Of a DNA stretch of 64,000 nucleotides, positions 16,060-26,466 are shown piece by piece. Each line of letters begins with the position of its first letter. The first letter of the stretch is position 1. Below the pieces are notes generated by a model that saw nothing but the letters and a program-made list of their open reading frames with translations, did no database searches and was not told the DNA's origin. The DNA is from Candidatus Aminicenantes bacterium (lineage in GTDB: Bacteria; Acidobacteriota; Aminicenantia; JAMOAD01). Location of the stretch: the NCBI GenBank assembly GCA_027061995.1, contig JAMOUT010000100.1, positions 2,211 to 66,210 on the forward strand. The letters are read 5' to 3'. The position numbers were made by a program, and so were the translations under genes.

Positions 16060-16872
16060 TCAATAAGTAAGTTCGGTTTTAAAAAAGAAATTCTTTTCTC
16101 TTATCAAAAGTATAATTGCAAATATTAAGAGTATTACAGTTTGTATTATTTTGCTGTCGGGATGTGTTGCAAATATTTCATTGAAATATCCCGCGGTAAT
16201 ATGAAAGACAATCGGAACAAATATATTTCTGTTAGCTTTATAATAAAGCCAATTCATAATAATCACAAAAGGGAAGATGCTTACAAGAAAATTCAGGCTA
16301 TGTATCCAACCTGTTACGACCAAATTACTTTGATAATAACCTTTGATAGTTGAAAGCGGGATGTGCCAAATCCCCCAGTAAAAAGCGAAGATTACTGATG
16401 TATAAAAAAGATTAAATCTGTTTCTTAAAACATCGGTTCCGTATGTATGCCAACCCAGTTCTTCGATAAGCGGAGCCATAATAAGCAAAAACCAGACGGG
16501 AAAAACACCCGATGAAAAAGTGTAATGTCCGGTTATTGCAAATTGATTAGCACTGTATCCGAACAATAGTGAGATAACCTGTGCGAGCAAAATACTGGCA
16601 AGCATTAAAAAAATTGTCAGGAATAGGTAAATCGGTTTTATTGAGCAAAAATTAAAGATTCTACCGCCCAAATCTTTTTTCAAACCTGTTTCCTTATGAA
16701 TCATCCGAAAAGCTATTATCATGGGTGCCATAAGCCCGATAAATCCTAAAACTGACACCATAATCATATTTGGTTCCGGTTGATGACTGAGTTTTCCCGC
16801 TATAAGCCAGAATATCCAAGGTATAATTGTTACCAAGGCGTAAAAAAGAATAGGGTGTTTATAGTTTTTCAA
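16060..16872 (-). CDS. CPBP-family (CAAX/Abi) intramembrane metalloprotease
   Basis: Multi-TM protein with EELGWHTYG (EExxxR/H motif), FAFYWGIWH and a later HITAGYF histidine motif. TTG start. Confidence 0.75.
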   Translation of the reverse strand: MKNYKHPILFYALVTIIPWIFWLIAGKLSHQPEPNMIMVSVLGFIGLMAPMIIAFRMIHKETGLKKDLGGRIFNFCSIKPIYLFLTIFLMLASILLAQVISLLFGYSANQFAITGHYTFSSGVFPVWFLLIMAPLIEELGWHTYGTDVLRNRFNLFYTSVIFAFYWGIWHIPLSTIKGYYQSNLVVTGWIHSLNFLVSIFPFVIIMNWLYYKANRNIFVPIVFHITAGYFNEIFATHPDSKIIQTVILLIFAIILLIREKNFFFKTELTY

Positions 16873-16889
16873 TATTATTTAATTCTCCT

Positions 16890-17843
16890 TTACCTGTTTT
16901 TGATTTCACTTAAAAAAGCTCTGATCTCTTTGATATCCTGCTCGGGGTTATCTTGCATTGTCATGTGAGCGGCATTTTTTATTACGACAAATTTTGAACC
17001 GGGCACCAAACTCGCATAATATTCTGTTGTTTCGGGTCTTGCTTCATCATACTCCCCGCAAATAAATAAAGTGGGCACTTTAATATTTGGAAGTTTTTTT
17101 GTAGCATCATAATATTGCAAGGTGCCTGTAAATGTAAATTCACTCGGACCATTCATGTGGGTATAAACTCGTTCGCCCAAATGAGCGAATGTCTTCTTTA
17201 TATCTTCCGACCACGGCAATTTTCGTGCAATATGCTGTTTATAATAGACCATCATGGCTTTTTGATATTCGGGGGCCTTAAAATCTTTCAATTTTTCATA
17301 TTTACGAATTATCTTTTGTAAATTATCGGGAAGTCGGCTCAACAATAGTTGTGAATCTCTTATCCATAGTTTTCCGCTTAAAGCTGGACTTGCAAAAATA
17401 ATCGCTTTAATCCCCTCTGGATGGGCAAAATAATATTCAGCCGCCAAAATAGTTCCCCATGACTGACCATACAGATAAAAGTCTTTCAATCCCAAAGCTT
17501 TTTTTACCTGATAAACCTCGTCCACATAAAACTTGATATTCATCTGCGATGTATCCATCTTCAGAGTGGAACGACCGCAACCGATTTGATCAAAAAAGAT
17601 AACGGGTCTGTCTTTACTAAGAGCTTCAAGAGGCCTTAAATAATATGAAGTTGCTCCAGGACCTCCGTGTAAAATCAGAATAGGCGTTTTATCTCCCTCT
17701 CCTACGATTTTATACCATACTCTTCCCCCCGTAACATTAATATACCCTTCAACCGGTTCTATTTTCCGATTACTCTTACAGCTGATTAACATAAGTAATA
17801 TAACAGGCAATACTAATAATTTTAATATTTTACTGTTTTTCAT
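16890..17843 (-). CDS. Lipoprotein alpha/beta hydrolase, prolyl aminopeptidase (S33) family
   Basis: Lipobox LISC. HGGPG oxyanion motif. Nucleophile elbow GQSWG. C-terminal AAHM. Overall similarity to proline iminopeptidases. Confidence 0.8.
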   Translation of the reverse strand: MKNSKILKLLVLPVILLMLISCKSNRKIEPVEGYINVTGGRVWYKIVGEGDKTPILILHGGPGATSYYLRPLEALSKDRPVIFFDQIGCGRSTLKMDTSQMNIKFYVDEVYQVKKALGLKDFYLYGQSWGTILAAEYYFAHPEGIKAIIFASPALSGKLWIRDSQLLLSRLPDNLQKIIRKYEKLKDFKAPEYQKAMMVYYKQHIARKLPWSEDIKKTFAHLGERVYTHMNGPSEFTFTGTLQYYDATKKLPNIKVPTLFICGEYDEARPETTEYYASLVPGSKFVVIKNAAHMTMQDNPEQDIKEIRAFLSEIKNR

Positions 17844-18203
17844 AATTTTATTTTACCCCTTTTCAATAATAAAGTCATCCCGAGTGAATTATAAATTCAG
17901 ATTTCGAATTATGATGCACTCGCCGGACAGGTCACCGACAATGATTGGTAAAGGCTACCGAATGCCGGCAAAACTTTAAGCTCCTAAGATTGTCTTGCTT
18001 ATTTAAAAAAGATAATCTTGAATATGAAAGATATAGAGATAATATTCTCTTGATTCCCATATATTTGAATAATTTATCATATTTTCATATTTCCCCCTTT
18101 TTGATTTATTGACTAAATCTTTTTAAAGATATACATTATTAAATTAAAATGCTAAAAATAATTAAGAAAAAAAATATTTATATGATTTTGTATCGGGTGG
18201 TAG

Positions 18204-21200
18204 ATGAATAATTTTGTCCATTTGCACCTGCATAGTGAATATTCGATTCTTGACGGAGCCATCAGAACAGATGAGTTGGTTCAAAGGGTAAAAAAACTTG
18301 GGATGCCGGGAGTTGCCGTAACCGACCATGGCAATATTTTCGGTGCGGTTCAATTTTTTTTTAAAGCGAAAAAAGCGGGGATAAAACCTATAATAGGGGT
18401 TGAAACTTATGTTGCCAAAAAATCAAGACTTGAAAAAGATAAAGAGGGAAAAGGATATCACCATCTTACCCTTTTGGTGAAAAACAGGGTTGGTTATAAG
18501 AACCTGAATAAACTTCTTACCTCGGCTTATCTTGAGGGTTTTTATTGGAAACCGAGAATAGATAAGGAGATTCTTGAAAAACATTCGGAAGGACTTATCG
18601 GGATGTCCGCCTGTATTCAAGGGGAGATCCCCCAGCTCTTGTTAAAAGGGGAGATGGAAAAAGCTGTTGAAACAGCCCTTTGGTATCAAAAAACATTTAA
18701 CGGAGATTTTTATATAGAGCTTATGGATAATGGGTATGAGAGTCAGAAAAAAGTCGCTCCTCTCTTAATTGAGGTATCCGAGAAAACGGGAATCCCCCTT
18801 GTTGTTACAAATGATGCTCATTATCTTAAAAAAGAGGATGCTTTTCCGCATAAAATACTCTTGTATCTTCAAACTCAGAAAACGATAAGCGAGCCGAATC
18901 CCATGGAATTTAAAACAGAGGAATTTTATGTAAAATCTCCGGAGGAGATGTTCTCCCTTTTTCCCGACCACCCGGAAGCATATGAAAATACCGTTAAAAT
19001 TCTCGAATCCATTGATTTTGAATATACTACAGAAGATGAAACCGGGAATAGATTATATTATTTGCCGGAGTTTAAAATACCCGAAGGATTTACGGAAAAC
19101 AGCTTTTTTGAAAAAAAAGTGAGAGACGGTTTTTCGGAGATTGAAAAAAAACTTCACGAACTTAAAAATAAAGGTCTCCTTAAACATGAGATAAAAGACT
19201 ACTATGAGCGATTGGATTATGAGATCGGGGTTATTAAAAAGATGGGTTTTCCCGGGTATTTTCTTATTGTGCAAGATATAGTAAGTTCCGCAAAGGAGAT
19301 GGGGGTTAGAGTAGGTCCGGGAAGAGGCTCGGCTGTCGGTAGTCTTGTTTCCTATTCCCTCGGAATAACAGAGCTTGATCCTTTGAAATATGATTTGATT
19401 TTTGAGCGATTCTTAAATCCGGAAAGAATCTCCATGCCTGATATTGATATAGACATAGAGGGAAGAAGAAGAGATGAAGTGATAGAATATGTCCGAAAAG
19501 CTTATGGGGAGGAAAAAGTTGCTCAGATTATAACTTTCGGGACAATGTCGGCAAGGGCTGTTTTAAGGGATGTGGGAAGGGTGCTTGAAATCCCCCTTGC
19601 CGAAGTTGATAAACTCGCCAAACTTGTTCCAAACAGACCTAAAATAAAACTTGCCGACGGGATAAAAGAGGTGGGTGAACTTAAAGATGCGGCAACAAAA
19701 AACCCGAAATACAAACAACTCTTTGAAATAGCTCTAAAATTAGAGGGACTTTCGAGAAACACCTCAACCCATGCCGCAGGTGTGGTTATATCAAGAGAGG
19801 AATTAACCGAATATGTTCCCCTTTATAAAGGTGGTGGTAAGGATGATGTTTCCACTCAATTTCCTATGGAGGATGTTGAAAGACTCGGACTTTTGAAGAT
19901 GGATTTGCTCGGGCTTAGGAATCTTACCATTATCTCGGATACACTTGATTTAATCAGAGAAAAAGATGGTGTTGAAATTGATATATCGGATATCCCGCTT
20001 GATGAAAAAGATGTTTATAAAGTTTTTAAAAAAGGGTGGACGGACGGAGTATTTCAATTTGAAAGTAAAGGGATGAGAAAGCTTTTAAAGAAAGCGAAAC
20101 CCTCGTCTTTGGAAGATTTAATAGCTCTTAATGCTTTATACAGACCCGGACCTTTAAATTCGGGAATGGTAGATGATTATGTTGAAAGAAAATTTAATGC
20201 CAAAAAGATTAAATATGATCATCCTCTCCTTGAAGATATTTTGAAGGAGACTTACGGAGTAATCGTTTATCAGGAACAAGTTATGAGAATTGCAAATGTA
20301 ATAGGCGGTTTTTCAATGGCGGAAGCGGATAAATTAAGAAAAGCTATGGGTAAAAAGATAAAAAGCATAATGGAAACAAGTAAAGAGAAATTTATAAAAG
20401 GGGCTGTTGAAAAACAAATAGATAAAAAATTGGCGGAAAACATTTTTAGTAAGATGGAAAAATTCGCCGAATACGGATTTAATAAATCTCACTCTACCGC
20501 TTACGCTTTTCTTGCTTATCAAACAGCTTATTTAAAAGTGAAATATCCGGCTCATTTTATGACGGCATTATTGAGAAATGAGGCGGATAAAGGTTCGGCA
20601 GGTCAGAATGAGATGGTGAAATATATCAATGATTGCAAAAAAGAGGGGATAGAAGTTTTACCACCCGATATAAATGTCAGTGGTGTTACCTTTACAATGG
20701 TGGATAATAAAACGATAAGATTCGGTCTCTCGGCTTTAAAAAATGTGGGGGGGAAAGCGGTTGAATCCATTATTAAAACAAGGGAAAATCTCGGGAGTTT
20801 CAGGAATCTTTCCGAATTTTTGTTTGAAGTTGACTCAAAAGCAATAAATAAAAGAATCCTTGAATCACTCGCAAAAGCGGGGGCTCTTGATTCGATTCTC
20901 CCCTCGACAAGAAAAGATTTTATTGATGCACTGGATGATATTTTAAAAATGATTTCAAAATCAAAATCAATTAAAGGACCCACCCTTTTCAAACCTCAGT
21001 TCCCTGAAATCAAATACAGAATATCCGGAAGTGAATGGGAAGAGAGGGAATTATTGAGTAATGAAAAAGAGGTGCTCGGATATTTTCTCTCAAAAAGCCC
21101 TCTTGAAAAATATCAAAAAAAGATAGCTAAAATAATTAACACGAATATATCCGATCTTCTTGAAGATGACGGGGACAACATAAAGGAGATTGTCAAAATA

Positions 21201-21677
21201 GCGGGAATAATTATAAAAAGCACGAGCAGAAAAAGAAGGAATAGAGTGATTTATAATATAACAATCGAGGATTTGACGGGCAGAATGGAAGTTCTTGCGA
21301 TTGAGGAGAAGATAAAAGGCAAGGTTCATCTTCTTAAAGAGGATAATATAGTATGGATAAGAGGGAGATTCTCAGAGTTTAACAATAATAAGAATATATT
21401 TTTAGATGATATACTTTCCATTGATGAAGCATTGAATAAAAATATAAAACAACTTATCATAAACCTTGATTATGCTCTTTTACCAGTGGTTTCGGAAAAA
21501 TTGTTTAAAGCTCTGGATAATTGGAGAGGAAATACAGCGATAACCTTTAAAATAAACTCCCCTTCAAAACATATTTTTGTAAAATCATATGAAATCCCCG
21601 GAATAGACAGCTCAATCCAAACAATTGAAACCATTAAAAATATAATAGGTGAAAATAGTATTCAAATTATATATTAG
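18204..21677 (+). CDS. dnaE: DNA polymerase III alpha subunit
   Basis: PHP domain start FVHLHLHSEYSILDG, polymerase core motifs (PDIDIDI, GLLKMDLLGL, FNKSHSTAYA), 1157 aa. Confidence 0.97.
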   Translation: MNNFVHLHLHSEYSILDGAIRTDELVQRVKKLGMPGVAVTDHGNIFGAVQFFFKAKKAGIKPIIGVETYVAKKSRLEKDKEGKGYHHLTLLVKNRVGYKNLNKLLTSAYLEGFYWKPRIDKEILEKHSEGLIGMSACIQGEIPQLLLKGEMEKAVETALWYQKTFNGDFYIELMDNGYESQKKVAPLLIEVSEKTGIPLVVTNDAHYLKKEDAFPHKILLYLQTQKTISEPNPMEFKTEEFYVKSPEEMFSLFPDHPEAYENTVKILESIDFEYTTEDETGNRLYYLPEFKIPEGFTENSFFEKKVRDGFSEIEKKLHELKNKGLLKHEIKDYYERLDYEIGVIKKMGFPGYFLIVQDIVSSAKEMGVRVGPGRGSAVGSLVSYSLGITELDPLKYDLIFERFLNPERISMPDIDIDIEGRRRDEVIEYVRKAYGEEKVAQIITFGTMSARAVLRDVGRVLEIPLAEVDKLAKLVPNRPKIKLADGIKEVGELKDAATKNPKYKQLFEIALKLEGLSRNTSTHAAGVVISREELTEYVPLYKGGGKDDVSTQFPMEDVERLGLLKMDLLGLRNLTIISDTLDLIREKDGVEIDISDIPLDEKDVYKVFKKGWTDGVFQFESKGMRKLLKKAKPSSLEDLIALNALYRPGPLNSGMVDDYVERKFNAKKIKYDHPLLEDILKETYGVIVYQEQVMRIANVIGGFSMAEADKLRKAMGKKIKSIMETSKEKFIKGAVEKQIDKKLAENIFSKMEKFAEYGFNKSHSTAYAFLAYQTAYLKVKYPAHFMTALLRNEADKGSAGQNEMVKYINDCKKEGIEVLPPDINVSGVTFTMVDNKTIRFGLSALKNVGGKAVESIIKTRENLGSFRNLSEFLFEVDSKAINKRILESLAKAGALDSILPSTRKDFIDALDDILKMISKSKSIKGPTLFKPQFPEIKYRISGSEWEERELLSNEKEVLGYFLSKSPLEKYQKKIAKIINTNISDLLEDDGDNIKEIVKIAGIIIKSTSRKRRNRVIYNITIEDLTGRMEVLAIEEKIKGKVHLLKEDNIVWIRGRFSEFNNNKNIFLDDILSIDEALNKNIKQLIINLDYALLPVVSEKLFKALDNWRGNTAITFKINSPSKHIFVKSYEIPGIDSSIQTIETIKNIIGENSIQIIY

Positions 21678-21690
21678 TTTAGGAGGAATT

Positions 21691-22602
21691 ATGAAAAAAA
21701 ATAATATTTTGATTTTTTTGTTAATCGGACTGTTCTTTTATCCCCTTTCTCTCAAATCCACGGATAAGTTCAGCTTCTCAATAGCAGCTGACATGAGAAA
21801 TTTCTCGGGAAAAGGTAACTATGATACTGATCAGTATTTTGCGGGAGTTGTAAAATCAATTAAAAGAGTATCTGACTCGGTTTTTATGATTAGCCCCGGA
21901 GATATTGATCCCCCCTCTAAAATTTATTGGACAATTTCAAAATACCTTGGAAAAAATTATTTATGGTTTCCCGTTATAGGAAATCATGAGGCTGAGACTA
22001 TAAGTGATATGGAGTGGTTGTTGAATTATCATATTGATAAAAACGGCAAACTTCCACCTAATATTGTCAGATGGGGACCCGAGCAATGCAAAAAAACAAC
22101 ATATTCTTTTGATTATAAAAACAGTCATTTTATAGTTATTGATGAGTATTGCGAAGGTTATAATAAACTTAAAAGCTCCGGAGGAAACATAAGTAAGGAG
22201 TTATATGAATGGTTAAAAAAAGATATCGTGATAAATAGAAAACAAAATGTTTTTGTTATAGGTCATAGTCCCGCATATCCGATACCCGATTATGAAAGTG
22301 TCAGAATGAGGCACGAAAACTCAAGTCTAAATAATCATCCTAAAAACAGAACAAAGTTTTGGAAATTATTAAAAGAGAATAAAGTTATTGCATATATTTG
22401 CGGTCATACCCATAATTACAGTATTACGGATATAGCGGGGGTTTGGCAGATAGATGCCGGCCATTCAAGAGGAATTGCGGATACAGGCTCAAAGAGCACT
22501 TTTATTATTATTGATGTCAATGGAGCAAAAGTTGGTTATAGAACATACAGATTAAACAAAAACGGCAGATATGAACTTTCGTATAAAGGAGCATTAAGAT
22601 AA
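21691..22602 (+). CDS. Secreted calcineurin-like metallophosphoesterase
   Basis: AGGAGG SD at 21681-86. Signal peptide. Motifs SPGDID, GNHE, GHSP and GHTHNY. Confidence 0.8.
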   Translation: MKKNNILIFLLIGLFFYPLSLKSTDKFSFSIAADMRNFSGKGNYDTDQYFAGVVKSIKRVSDSVFMISPGDIDPPSKIYWTISKYLGKNYLWFPVIGNHEAETISDMEWLLNYHIDKNGKLPPNIVRWGPEQCKKTTYSFDYKNSHFIVIDEYCEGYNKLKSSGGNISKELYEWLKKDIVINRKQNVFVIGHSPAYPIPDYESVRMRHENSSLNNHPKNRTKFWKLLKENKVIAYICGHTHNYSITDIAGVWQIDAGHSRGIADTGSKSTFIIIDVNGAKVGYRTYRLNKNGRYELSYKGALR

Positions 22603-22617
22603 TTTAAGGAGGATACA

Positions 22618-23658
22618 ATATCTTATAAAGGATTTTCAGATTTTAGAAGTGATACTGTTACCAGACCTACGGAAGAGATGAGAAAAGCCATGTTTGAAGC
22701 TGAGGTGGGAGACGATGTTCTCGGGGATGACCCTACGGTTCAAAAACTTGAAGAACTTGCGGCTGAAATTATGGGAAAAGAAGCCGCCCTTTTTGTTCCT
22801 ACCGGAACTATGGGTAACACAATAGCCATAAAACTTGCCATAGGAGAAGGCAGGGAGATTATTCTTGAAGAGCATTCCCATATATATAATTATGAGGCGG
22901 GAAATGTTGCAAGGATAGCCGGAAGTTTGCCGAGAGTTTTATCTTCCGACTCGGGAATAATACCGATTGACAAAATAGAATCCAATATTCATAAAGGTTT
23001 AAGGGACCATATCCCGGAGACAAAGGGGATAGCTTTAGAAAACACCCATAATTTTTGGGGAGGGGTTCCGATTCCCGTCGATTATATTAAAAAAGTTTCG
23101 GAGATTGCAAAGGAAAACGAACTCCACTTTCATCTTGACGGAGCAAGGATATTTAATGCTGCGACAGCACTTAAAGTTGATGTAAAGGAGATTGCGAAAT
23201 ATTTTGATTCTATAATGTTTTGCCTTTCAAAGGGGCTTGCCGCCCCCATTGGCTCCATGCTTACGGGTGAAAAGGATTTTATTGAAGAGGCGAGAATAGT
23301 TAGAAAATATCTCGGCGGAGGAATGAGACAGGTGGGGATAGTAGCAGCTGCGGGCATCATATCGATAAACACCATGACAAAAAGATTGCACGAGGATCAT
23401 ATAAGAGCTAAAAAACTTGCGGAAGGGATTGTTGATATAAAAGAGATACGGGTTGACCTTGAAAAAGTTCAAACTAATTTTGTTATGATTCACTTAAAAA
23501 CAATGACCTCGAATGATTTTTTAAAAAAAATAAGAGAGAAAAAAGTGCTTGCCCTCCCTTTTAATGATAAATTGGTCAGATTCGTAACTCATAATGATAT
23601 AGATGATAATGATATTAATTTGGTGATTGATACGATAAGAGCGGTATTTAAGAATTAA
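22618..23658 (+). CDS. ltaE: Low-specificity L-threonine aldolase
   Basis: Strong similarity to LtaE (GDDVLGDDPTV..., ENTHN, HLDGARIFNA, CLSKGL with the PLP lysine, GGGMRQ). The conserved DFRSDTVTRP motif lies upstream of the first ATG (22678). The 5' end is set at the ATA at 22618, 5 nt after AAGGAGG. Confidence 0.85.
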   Translation: MSYKGFSDFRSDTVTRPTEEMRKAMFEAEVGDDVLGDDPTVQKLEELAAEIMGKEAALFVPTGTMGNTIAIKLAIGEGREIILEEHSHIYNYEAGNVARIAGSLPRVLSSDSGIIPIDKIESNIHKGLRDHIPETKGIALENTHNFWGGVPIPVDYIKKVSEIAKENELHFHLDGARIFNAATALKVDVKEIAKYFDSIMFCLSKGLAAPIGSMLTGEKDFIEEARIVRKYLGGGMRQVGIVAAAGIISINTMTKRLHEDHIRAKKLAEGIVDIKEIRVDLEKVQTNFVMIHLKTMTSNDFLKKIREKKVLALPFNDKLVRFVTHNDIDDNDINLVIDTIRAVFKN

Positions 23659-23725
23659 TCTTTTTATTAACATTTATATTCTTTAATCGTATATATTACA
23701 TGAATATTATATTCGGAGGTTTTAG

Positions 23726-26266
23726 ATGAAAAAAGGGATTTTAATATTATCTGTTTTATCACTGTTTATTTTTACAAGCATGTATGCTCAAAAAACAGAT
23801 GTAAAGAAATTGAGTATAGAGGATTTTTATAAAGTTCAATCACCTATCGGTAAAAAAGCGAGAAACATAAAATTTTCAGAAAACAACAGATATCTCTCTT
23901 ATCTATGGAATCCTTATGATAAATTTTCCTATGATTTATTTGTCTATGATTTAAAAACAGGGAGAAAAACAAGGGTAACTTCCCTTGAAATTATGAAAAA
24001 GTTTGAAACGCCGGAAAATTATAAAAAGTTCATTGAGAAAGAGAAACAAAAGAGGAAAGAGGATAAGATACAGCAGGAAAAATATTATCTGCAAAAAGAG
24101 TTTTTGGAAGGGAAAAAAGTTGATCTTTCGCAATTTGAAAGGAAAGAGATAGAGGAACTAAAAAAAGAATTGGAGAAAAAGGAGAAAGATATCGAAAAAA
24201 AAGGGGAAAGGAATAACAAGTGTAAAACTAAAAAAGATTTGAAAAAAATAAAAAAACAAAAGAAAGAGATTGAATTATGGGAGCTTAGGGATAAACTTAA
24301 AAAGAAAAAAGAGAAAGAAAAAATAAAAAGATCCGATCTTTATCCCGGGGTTTCAAATTATGTATGGTCTGAAAAATCTCCCGAGTTTATATTTGAGTAT
24401 AATGGAGATTTATACAGATATTTTCCCAAATCAAACAAAATCATAAGATTAACAATGACAGACGAAAGAGAAAGGGTTATCTCATACACAAAAACCGGAA
24501 AAGGTTATTATTATATGAAAGGAAATACCGTTTATAAAGTTCTTTTCGGTTCATCATATATTCAGCAGATAAACCGTAAAATAGAGAAAGGTAAAGATGA
24601 GAAAAAAGGTTTCAAAATCGAAGACACCGTCATCTCTCCCAATGATAAATGGATGATTGTAATTGCATCGGGAAAAAAGGGATCGTCGGCTTATAAGAAG
24701 GTTGAGATAATGAGCTTTAAGAAGAGATTCTCCACCGCTTTCAAAGTTAAAAGGCAAACAACGGAGATGAAAAGGAATCAACCTGAATATAGGTTTTATT
24801 TGAGAAGAATAGGAAAGATAAATTACGGAGAACAACCCGAGCCTATTTTTACAATCCCGGGTGGAGACATTTGGTATGAATTCAGCGAGATTCATTGGAG
24901 TAAAGACAGTAAATATTTTGCATTTATGACATGGGAAAGGGAGAAAGGGGATTTGAAAATCTGGGTCGGTAATACGGTTGATAAAAAACCGAAAATATTA
25001 TTTAAAACAAAAGAAACAATAGGATATAAATCAAACTATTATAATAATATAAGATTTACCCCCGACAGTAAAAAACTTATTGCAATCCTTTTTAATAAAG
25101 AGGGATTCAGACAACCTTTTATATTTGATATTAATACAAGGGTAAAAAAGGAATTGATAAAAGGTAAATTCGAGAGTTTCCCCATAATAGGGTTTTCGGA
25201 AAACGGCAGTTATTTTTATGTAATTTCAGACAAACGGAATCCCGCAATGTTTGGTGTATATAGGGTTGATATAAAATCGGGAAACATGAAAAACATAGGA
25301 TTATTAAACGGAACGCACAGAGCTTCGGCGGTCAGCAAGAATGGAAAATGGCTTGCCTCTGTTTTCGGGAATTGGAATAATCCTCCGGAACTTTATCTTA
25401 TAAGAACAAAAAATCAAAGAAAAAAGATTTTAACAAAAAGCCATAGTCCCGAACTTGCTAAAATCAATATTTTAAAGCCGGAACTCTTTACATACAAAAA
25501 CAGACACGGAGATACCATTCACGGGATGATTTTCAAACCTTTCGGTTGGAAACCTACCGATAAACGACCTGCAGTAATATATCTTTACGGGGGCCCCCTC
25601 GGAAGAAGACATACTGTTGAAGTTGACAACTTCAGCAGTTTATCCTATTTCTTTCAGATGTTTATGGCATTAAAATACGGATATGTTGCGATAGATATAG
25701 ACCCGAGAGGACAATCGGGATACGGAAAAAAATTTAATGAAGCCAATTGGCAACATCCGGGACAACCTCAAACAGAGGATCTTGAAGATCTTGTTAAATA
25801 TATAAAATCGGGGTTCGGTATTGATACACACAGATTAGGTCTTCATGGCTGGAGTTTCGGAGGATTTCAGACTCTTTATACGATGCTGACAAGCCCCGAT
25901 ACTTTTGCCTGCGGAATCTCGGCCGCCCCCCCCACCCAATGGGAAAACTATAACTCTTGGTACACGGGAGCCACCATAGGAAAATCGGTAAGAGGAAAGC
26001 TTACGATGAGAAAATACTCCTTGATTCCCCTTGCAAAAAACTTAAAAAAACCTCTTTTGATGGTTCACGGTATGGTTGATCCCAATGTTCTTTACCAGGA
26101 TACCGTTAATATGTATAGAGCTTTTCTTGAGGCTGGTAAAGAGAGTCTTGTGGATCTTTTCCTTGATCCCGAAGGTCAACACGGGTTAAGGGGGGTTGTG
26201 AAAAGCAAAAGCACTTTTAAGAAATTCTCAACATGGTTTGCAAAACATCTTGAGGTAGTAAATTAA
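23726..26266 (+). CDS. S9-family serine peptidase (DPP-IV/acylaminoacyl-peptidase-like) with a K/E-rich insertion
   Basis: Signal peptide. Beta-propeller-like N-terminal part. C-terminal alpha/beta hydrolase with GWSFGG nucleophile elbow, VHGMVDPNV and a terminal His region. Confidence 0.85.
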   Translation: MKKGILILSVLSLFIFTSMYAQKTDVKKLSIEDFYKVQSPIGKKARNIKFSENNRYLSYLWNPYDKFSYDLFVYDLKTGRKTRVTSLEIMKKFETPENYKKFIEKEKQKRKEDKIQQEKYYLQKEFLEGKKVDLSQFERKEIEELKKELEKKEKDIEKKGERNNKCKTKKDLKKIKKQKKEIELWELRDKLKKKKEKEKIKRSDLYPGVSNYVWSEKSPEFIFEYNGDLYRYFPKSNKIIRLTMTDERERVISYTKTGKGYYYMKGNTVYKVLFGSSYIQQINRKIEKGKDEKKGFKIEDTVISPNDKWMIVIASGKKGSSAYKKVEIMSFKKRFSTAFKVKRQTTEMKRNQPEYRFYLRRIGKINYGEQPEPIFTIPGGDIWYEFSEIHWSKDSKYFAFMTWEREKGDLKIWVGNTVDKKPKILFKTKETIGYKSNYYNNIRFTPDSKKLIAILFNKEGFRQPFIFDINTRVKKELIKGKFESFPIIGFSENGSYFYVISDKRNPAMFGVYRVDIKSGNMKNIGLLNGTHRASAVSKNGKWLASVFGNWNNPPELYLIRTKNQRKKILTKSHSPELAKINILKPELFTYKNRHGDTIHGMIFKPFGWKPTDKRPAVIYLYGGPLGRRHTVEVDNFSSLSYFFQMFMALKYGYVAIDIDPRGQSGYGKKFNEANWQHPGQPQTEDLEDLVKYIKSGFGIDTHRLGLHGWSFGGFQTLYTMLTSPDTFACGISAAPPTQWENYNSWYTGATIGKSVRGKLTMRKYSLIPLAKNLKKPLLMVHGMVDPNVLYQDTVNMYRAFLEAGKESLVDLFLDPEGQHGLRGVVKSKSTFKKFSTWFAKHLEVVN

Positions 26267-26466
26267 ATAGAATAACTTTCCGATAAGTTTATTTTTTTAC
26301 AGCTCGGGGAAAACCGGGCCTGGTGTTTTTTTGTAAAACAAACAGAATATTGCAGGTTTATATCAGTATCCTATTTCATATAATATTCTCCAAATAAATA
26401 ATTTTCTTCTATTTTCCATATAGATATTTTAAATCCGACTCTTCATTGTATTTTAATGAAAATTAG

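Noticed and set aside
17905-17925. TTCGAAT (T-loop-like) sequence in the 17844-18203 spacer, considered as a possible tRNA
   Set aside because: The flanking bases cannot form a T-stem, and no acceptor, D or anticodon arms can be drawn. It is not a tRNA.
22636-22881. 81-aa minus-strand ORF across the start of ltaE
   Set aside because: It is antisense to the conserved threonine aldolase N-terminus, so it is a shadow ORF.
26300-26335. Possible terminator ACCGGGCCTGGT followed by a T7 run, downstream of the S9 peptidase gene
   Set aside because: The stem is at most 4 bp including a G-U pair. The T-run alone is not diagnostic in this AT-rich genome.
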